64,000 bases of DNA from Eledone cirrhosa (lineage: Eukaryota): positions 8,494,001 to 8,558,000 of the forward strand of contig OZ024741.1 of the NCBI GenBank assembly GCA_964016885.1, read 5' to 3'. The position numbers were made by a program, and so were the translations under genes. Of the stretch, positions 56,801 to 64,000 are shown piece by piece. Within the stretch, counting starts at the first letter, position 1. Each line of letters opens with the position of its first letter. The notes beneath the pieces were generated by a model that saw only the letters and a program-made list of their open reading frames with translations, was not told the DNA's origin and searched no databases.

Positions 56801-59800
56801 CATGTACAACATAGTGGAGGTTTTAGTCACCTCCATGTACACCATAGGCGAGGTTTTAGTCACCTCCATGTACACCATACTCGAGGTTTTAGTCACCTCC
56901 GTATACAACATAGTTGAGTGTTTAGTCACCTCCGTGTACACCATAGTGGAGCTTTTAGTCACCTCCATGTACAACATAGTGCAGGTTTTAGTCAGCTCCA
57001 TGTACAACATAGTCGATGTTTTAGTCACCTCCATGTACACCATAGTGGAGGTTTTATTCACCTCCATGTACAATATAGTCGAGGTTTTAGTCACCTCCAT
57101 GTACACCATAGTGGAGGTTTTAGTCGCCTCCATGTCCACCATAGTCGAGGTTTTATTCACCTCCATGTACAACATAGTGCAGGTTTGAGTCAGATCCATG
57201 TTCAACATAGTCGAGGTTTTAGTCACCTCCATGTACAACATAATCGAGGTTTTAGTCACCTACATGTACAATATAGTGGAGGTTTTAGTCACCTCCATGT
57301 ACACCATAGTTTGAGGTTTTAGTCACCTCCATGTACAACATAGTCGAAGTTTTAGTCACCTCCATGTACAAGATAGTCGAGGTTTTAGTCACCTCCATGT
57401 ACAACATAGTCGCGGGTTTAGTCACCTCCGTGTACACCATAGTGGAGCTTTTAGTCACCTCCATGTACAACATAGTGGAGATTTTAGTCACCTCCATGTA
57501 CAACATAGTCGAGCTTTTAGTCACCTCCATGTACAACATAGTGGAGGTTTTAGTCACCTCCATGTACACCATAGTGGAGGTTTCAGTCACCTCCGTGTAC
57601 ACCATAGTCGAGGTTTTAGTCACCACCATGTACAACATAGTCGAGGTTTTAGTCACGTCCATGTACAACATAATCAAGGTTTTAGTCACCTCCATGTACA
57701 CCATAGTCGAGGTTTTAGTCACCTCCATGTACAACATAGTCGAGGTTTTAGTCACCTCCATGTACAAAATAGTGCAGGTTTTAGTCAGCTCCATGTACAA
57801 CATAGTCGATGTTTTAGTCACCTCCATGTACACCATAGTGGAGGTTTTATTCACCTCCATGTACAATATAGTCGAGGTTTTAGTCACCTCCATGTACAAC
57901 ATAGTCGAGGTTTTAGTCACCTCCATGTACAACATAGTCGAGATTTTAGTCACCTCCACGTACAACATAATCGAGGTTTTAGTCACCTACATGTACAACA
58001 TAGTGGAGGTTTTAGTCCCCTCCATGTACACCATAGTTTGAGGTTTTAGTCACCTCCATGTACAACATAGTCGAAGTTTTAGTCACCTCCATGTACAACA
58101 TAGTCGAGGTTTTAGTCACCTCCATGTACAACATAGTCGCGGTTTTAGTCACCTCCATGTACACCATAGTGGAGGTTTTAGTCACCTCCATGTACAACAT
58201 AGTGGAGGTTTTAGTCACCTCCATGTACAACATAGTCGAGGTTTTAATCACCTCCATGTACAACATAGTCGAGGTTTTAGTCACCTACATGTACAACATA
58301 GTCGAGCTTCTAATCACTTCCATGTACAACATAATCGAGGTTTTAGTCACCTCTATGTACAACGTAGTCGAGGTTTTAGTGACCTCTATGTACACATTTC
58401 AAGGTTTTAATCACCTCCATGTACACCATATTGGAGGTTTTAGTCACCTCCATGTACAACATAGTGGATGTTTTAGTCACCTCCATGTACACCATAGTGG
58501 AGATTTTAGTCACCTCCATGTACAACATAGTCGAGGTTTTAATCACCTCCATGTACAACATAGTGGAGATTTTAGTCACCTCCATGTACACCATAGGCGA
58601 GGTTTTAGTCACCTCCATGTACAACAAAGAGGAGGTTTTAGTCACTTCCATGTACAACATAGTCGAGGTTTTAGTCACCTCCATGTACAACATAGTCGAG
58701 GTTTTAGTCACCTCCATGTACAACATAGTCGAGGTTTTACTCACTTCCATGTACAACATAATCGAGATTTTAGTTACCTCCATGTACACCATAGTGGCGG
58801 TTTTAGTGACCTCCATGTACAACATAGTCGAGGTTTTAGTCACCTCCATGTACAACATAGTCGAGGTTTTAGTCACCTACATGTACAACATAATCAAGGT
58901 TTTAGTCACCTCCATGTACACCATAGTCGAGGTTTTAGTCACCTCCGTATACAACATAGTTGAGGGTTTAGTCACCTCCGTGTACACCATAGTGGAGCTT
59001 TTAGTCACCTCCATGTACAACATAGTGCAGGTTTTAGTCAGCTCCATGTACAACATATTCGAGGTTTTAGTCACATCCATGTACACCATAGTGGAGGTTT
59101 TAGTCACCTCCATGTACAACATAATCGAGGTTTTAGTCACCTACATGTACAACATAGTCGAATGTTTTATTCACCTTCATGTACAACATAGTCGAGCTTT
59201 TAGTCACCTCCATATACACCATATTGGAGGTTTTAGTCACCTCCATGTACAACATAGTCGAGGTTTTAGTCACCTCCATGTACAACATAGTCGAGGTTTT
59301 AGTCACCACCATGTACACCATAGTGGAGGTTTAGTCACCTCCATGTACAACATAGTCGAGGTTCTAGTCACCTCCATGTACAACATAGTCGAGGTTTTAG
59401 TCACCTACATGTACAACATAGTCGAGGTTTTAGTCACCTCCATGTACAACATAGTCGAGGTATTAGTCACCTCCATGTACAACATAGTCGAGGTTTTAAT
59501 CAACTCCATGTACAACATAGTCGAGGTTTTAGTCACCTCCATGTACAACATAGTCGAGGTTTTAGTCACCTCCATGTACACCAGTGGAGGTTTTAGTCAA
59601 CTCCGTGTACAACATAGTGGAGGTTTATAGTCACCTCCATGTACGCCATAGTCGAGTGTTTAGTCACCTCCATGTACAACATAGTGGAGGTTTTAGTCAC
59701 CTCCATGTACAACATAGTCGAGCTTTTAGTCACCTCCATGTACAACATAGTGGAGGTTTTAGTCACCTCCATGTACACCATAGTGGAGGTTTCTGTCACC

Positions 59801-60320
59801 TCCATGTACACCATAGTCGAGGTTTTAGTCACCACCATGTACAACATGGTCGAGGTTTTAGTCACCTCCATGTACAACATAGTGGAGGTTTTAGTCACCT
59901 CCATGTACACGATAGTCGAGGTTTGAGTCACCTCCATGTACAACATAGTCGAGGTTTTAGTCACCTCTATGTACAACATAGTCGACGTTTTCGTCACCTC
60001 CATGTACAACGTAGTCGAGGTTTTAGTCACCTCCATGTACAACATAGTCGAGGTTTTAATCACCTCCATGTACAACATAGTCGAGGTTTTAGTCACCTCC
60101 ATGTACACCATAGGCGAGGTTTTAGTCACCTCCATGTACAACAAAGAGGAGGTTTTAGTCACCTCTATGTACAACATAGTCGAGATTTTAGTCACCTCCA
60201 TGTACACCATAGTGGCGGTTTTAGTCATTTCCATGTACACCATAGTGGCGGTTTTAGTCACCTCCATGTACAACATAGTCGAGGTCTTAGTCACCGCCAT
60301 GTAAAACATAATCAAGGTTT
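47870..60320. repeat. Tandem higher-order duplication of about 6.27 kb (190 monomers) in the right-hand sub-family
   Basis: Offsets of 6270 (=190x33) at 48869/55139, 49431/55701, 50168/56438, 51015/57285 and 51742/58012. The offset drops to 6039 (7 monomers fewer) at 52838/58877 and 53545/59584. It is 6401 at 47888/54289. Confidence 0.92.
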
Positions 60321-61639
60321 TAGTCACCTCCATGTACACCATAGTCGAGGTTTTAGTCACCTACATGTACAACATAGTCGAGGTTTTAGTCACCTCCATG
60401 TACAACATAGTGCAGGTTTTAGTCAGCTCCATGCACAACATAATCGAGGTTTTAGTCACCTACATGTACAACAGTCGAATGTTTTATTCACCTTCATGTA
60501 CAATATAGTCGAGCTTTTAGTCACCTCCATATACGCCCTATTGGAGGTTTTAGTCACCTCCATGTACAACATAGTGGAGGTTTTAGTCTCCTCCATGTAC
60601 ACCATAGTGGAGGTTTAGTCACCTCCATGTACAACATAGTCGAGGTTTTAGTCACCTCTATGTACAACATAGTCGACGTGTTCGTCACCTCCATGTACAA
60701 CGTAGTCGAGGTTTTAGTCACCTCCATGTACAACATAGTCGAGGTTTTAATCACCTCCATGTACAACATAGTCGAGGTTTTAGTCAACTCCATGTACAAC
60801 ATAGTCGAGGTTTTAGTCACCTCCATGTACAACATAGTCGAGATTTTAGTCACCTCCATGTACACCATAGTGGCGGTTTTAGTGACCTCCATGTACAACA
60901 TAGTCGAGGTTTTAGTTACATCCATGTACAACATAGTCGAGGTTTTAGTCACCTCCATGTACAACATAATCAAGGTTTTAGTCACCTCCATGTACACCAT
61001 AGTCGAGGTTTTAGTCACCTCCATGTACAACATAGTCCATGTTTTAGTCACCTCCATGTACATCATAGTGGAGGTTTTATTCACCTCCATGTACAATATA
61101 GTCGAGGTTTTAGTCACCTCCATGTACACCAGAGTGGAGGGTTTAGTCGCCTCCATGTACAACATAGTCGAGGTTTTATTCACCTCCATGTACAACATAG
61201 TGCAGGTTTTAGTCAGCTCCATGTACAACATAGTCGAGGTTTTAGTCACATCCATGTACACCATAGTGGAGGTTTTAGTCACCTCCATGTACAACATAAT
61301 CGAGGTTTTAGTCACCTACATGTACAACATAGTCGAATGTTTTATTCACCTTCATGTACAACATAGTCGAGTTTTTAGTCACCTCCATATACACCATATT
61401 GGAGGTTTTAGTCACCTCCATGTACAACATAGTCGAGGTTTTAGTCACCTCCATGTACAACATAGTCGAGGTTTTAGTCACCACCATGTACACTATAGTG
61501 GAGGTTTAGTCACCTCCATGTACAACATAGTCGAGGTTTTAGTCACCTCCATGTGCAACATAGTCGAGGTTCTAGTCACCTCCATGTACAACATAGTCGA
61601 GGTTTTAGTCACCTACATGTACAACATAGTCGAGGTTTT

Positions 61640-62200
61640 AGTCACCTCCATGTACAACATAGTCGAGGTATTAGTCACCTCCATGTACAACATAGTCGAG
61701 GTTTTAATCAACTCCATGTACAACATAGTCGAGGTTTTAGTCACCTCCATGTACAACATAGTCGAGATTTTAGTCACCTCCATGTACACCAGTGGAGGTT
61801 TTAGTCAACTCCGTGTACAACATAGTGGAGGTTTATAGTCACCTCCATGTACACCATAGTCGAGTGTTTAGTCACCTCCATGTACAACATAGTCGAGGTT
61901 TTAATCAACTCCATGTACAAAATAGTCGAGGTTTTAGTCACCTACATGAACAACATAGTCGATGTTTTAGACACCTCCATGTACAACATAGTCAAGGTAT
62001 TAGTCACCTCCATGTACAACATAGTCGAGGTTTTAATCAACTCCATGTACAACATAGTCGAGGTTTTAGTCACCTCCATGTACAACATAGTTGAGATTTT
62101 AGTCACCTCCATGTACACCAGTGGAGGTTTTAGTCAACTCCGTGTACAACATAGTGGAGGTTTATAGTCACCTCCATGTACACCGTAGTCGAGTGTTTAG
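61640..62200. repeat. Local 329-bp duplication (10 monomers minus 1 nt)
   Basis: ACCAGTGGAGG...AACTCCGTG...GAGGTTTATAGTC...GAGTGTTTAG occurs at about 61788 and 62117. ORF starts 61792 and 62121 differ by 329. Confidence 0.8.
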
Positions 62201-64000
62201 TCACCTCCATGTACAACATAGTGGAGGTTTTAGTCACCTCCATGTACAACATAGTGGAGGTTTTAGTCACCTCCATGTACACCATAGTGGAGATTTTAGT
62301 CACCTCCATGTACAACATAGTGGAGGTTTTATTCACCTCCATGTACAATATAGTCGAGGTTTTAGTCACCTCCATGTACACCATAGTGGAGGTTTTATTC
62401 ACCTCCATGTACAATATAGTCGAGGTTTTAGTCACCTCCATGTACACCATAGTGGAGGTTTTAGTCGCCTCCATTTACAACATAGTCGAGGTTTTATTCA
62501 CCTCCATGTACAACATAGTGCAGGTTTTAGTAAGCTCCATGTTCAACATAGTCGAGGTTTTAGTCACCTCCATGTACACCATAGTGGAGATTTTAGTCAC
62601 CTCCATGTACAACATAATCGAGGTTTTAGTCACCTACATGTACAACATAGTGGAGGTTTTAGTCACCTCCATGTACACCATAGTTTGAGGTTTTAGTCAC
62701 CTCCATCTACAACATAGTCGAAGTTTTAGTCACCTCCATGTACAACATAGTCGAGGTTTTAGTCACCTCCATGTACAACATAGTCGCGGTTTTAGTCACC
62801 TCCATGTACACCATAGTGGAGGTTTTAGTCACCTCCATGTACAACATAGTGGAGGTTTTAGTCACCTCCATGTACAACATAGTCGAGGTTTTAGTCACCT
62901 CCATGTACAACATAGTCGAGGTTTTAGTCACCTCCATGTACAACATAGTCGAGGTTTTAGTCACATCCATATACAACATAGTCGAGGTTCTAGTCACATC
63001 TATGTACAACATAGTCGAGGTTTTAGTCACCTCTATGTCCAACGTAGTCGATGTTTTAGTCACCTCCATGTACAACATAGTCGAGGTTTTAGTCACCTCT
63101 ATGTACAACACAGTCGAGATTTCAGTCACCTCTGTGTACAACATAGTTGAGGGTTTAGTCACCTCCGTGTACACCATAGTGGAGCTTTTAGTCACCTCCA
63201 TATACAACATAGTCGAGGTTTAGTCAGCTCCATGTACAAGATAGTCGAGGTTTTAGTCACCTCCATGTACAACATAGTCGCGGTTTTAGTCACCTCCATG
63301 TACACCATAGTGGAGGTTTTAGTCACCTCCATGTACAACATAGTCGAGCTTTTAGTCACCTCCATGTACAACAGAGTGGAGGTTTTAGTCACCTACATGT
63401 ACACCATAGTCGAGGTGTTAGTCACCTCCATGTACACCATAGTCGAGGTTTTAATCACCTCCATGTACAACATAGTCGAGGTTTTAGTCACCTCCATGTA
63501 CGACATATTCGAGGTTTTAATCACCTCCATGTACAACATAATCAAGGTTTTAGTCACCTCTATGTACAACGTAGTCGAGGTTTTAGTGACCTCTATGTAC
63601 AACATTTCAAGGTTTTAATCACCTCCATGTACACCATAGTAGAAGTTTTAGTCACCTCCATGTACAACATAGTGGAGGTTTTAGTCACCTCCACGTACAC
63701 CATAGTGGAGGTTTCAGTCACCTCCATGTACAGCATAGTCGAGGTTTTAGTCACCTCCATGTACAACATAGTGGAGGTTTTAGTCACCTCCATGTACACG
63801 ATAATCGAGGTTTGAGTCACCTCCATGTACAACAGAGTCGAGGTTTTAGTCACCTCTATGTACAACATAGTCGACGTTTTCGTCACCTCCATGTACAACG
63901 TAGTCGAGGTTTTAGTCACCTCCATGTACAACATAGTCGAGGTTTAAATCACCTCCATGTACAACATAGTGGAGGTTTTAGTCACCTCCATGTACACCAT

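Larger units (their letters stand above)
1..64000. repeat. 33-bp tandem satellite array, about 1,940 head-to-tail monomers, consensus TCGAGGTTTTAGTCACCTCCATGTACAACATAG; runs off both window ends
   Basis: The monomer is read directly throughout the window. Common variants are GTCGAG/GTGGAG, AACATA/ACCATA, TCCATG/TCTATG/TCCGTG and TTAGTC/TTAATC. No inversion or non-repeat insert was seen. Copy number is estimated as 64000/33. Confidence 0.99.

Noticed and set aside
46-63934. All ORFs in the six-frame track as protein-coding genes
   Set aside because: They overlap on both strands, are pure 11-aa repeats, begin and end at sporadic indels or point mutations, and have no unique domain or signal peptide. 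This is what a 33-bp unit with stop-free frames produces.
1-64000. CRISPR array (33-bp, partly palindromic repeat)
   Set aside because: Monomers abut directly with no unique spacers, and there is no leader or cas gene in the window.
1-64000. Rolling-circle or reverse-transcriptase concatemer (DRT2/Neo-like never-ending ORF, telomerase product, or amplification artefact)
   Set aside because: Variants are inherited in ordered multi-kb blocks, which indicates genomic duplication history rather than repeated copying of one short template. No RT gene or template RNA is present.
1-64000. Phased T-tract DNA curvature
   Set aside because: There is only one T4 tract per 33 bp (about 3.14 turns), which is too sparse and drifts out of helical phase, so macroscopic bending is not supported.

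Overview
The whole 64 kb window is one uninterrupted, head-to-tail tandem array (satellite/minisatellite DNA) of a 33-bp monomer, consensus TCGAGGTTTTAGTCACCTCCATGTACAACATAG (14/33 G+C). There are roughly 1,940 copies, all in the same orientation. I saw no unique sequence, gene, RNA gene, transposon or CRISPR spacer. Every ORF in the track is a by-product of a 33-bp (11-codon) unit with three stop-free frames (MYNIVEVLVTS, HLHVQHSRGFS and, on the minus strand, MLYMEVTKTST), and these ORFs are broken repeatedly by frameshifts and stops. The informative structure lies in the variant monomers. They define nested higher-order duplications (about 0.23, 0.33, 1.25, 2.94, 5.12, 6.0-6.6 and 16-17 kb), a change of sub-family near 45.8-46 kb, related variant strings at about 1 kb and 39-44 kb that bracket the central block, a recurring TATATATAAAAAA monomer, and paired +1/-1 indels. 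The monomer itself has two dyad-symmetry axes. The organism cannot be determined from the sequence; the architecture is most typical of eukaryotic satellite DNA. I cannot support a novel gene system here.
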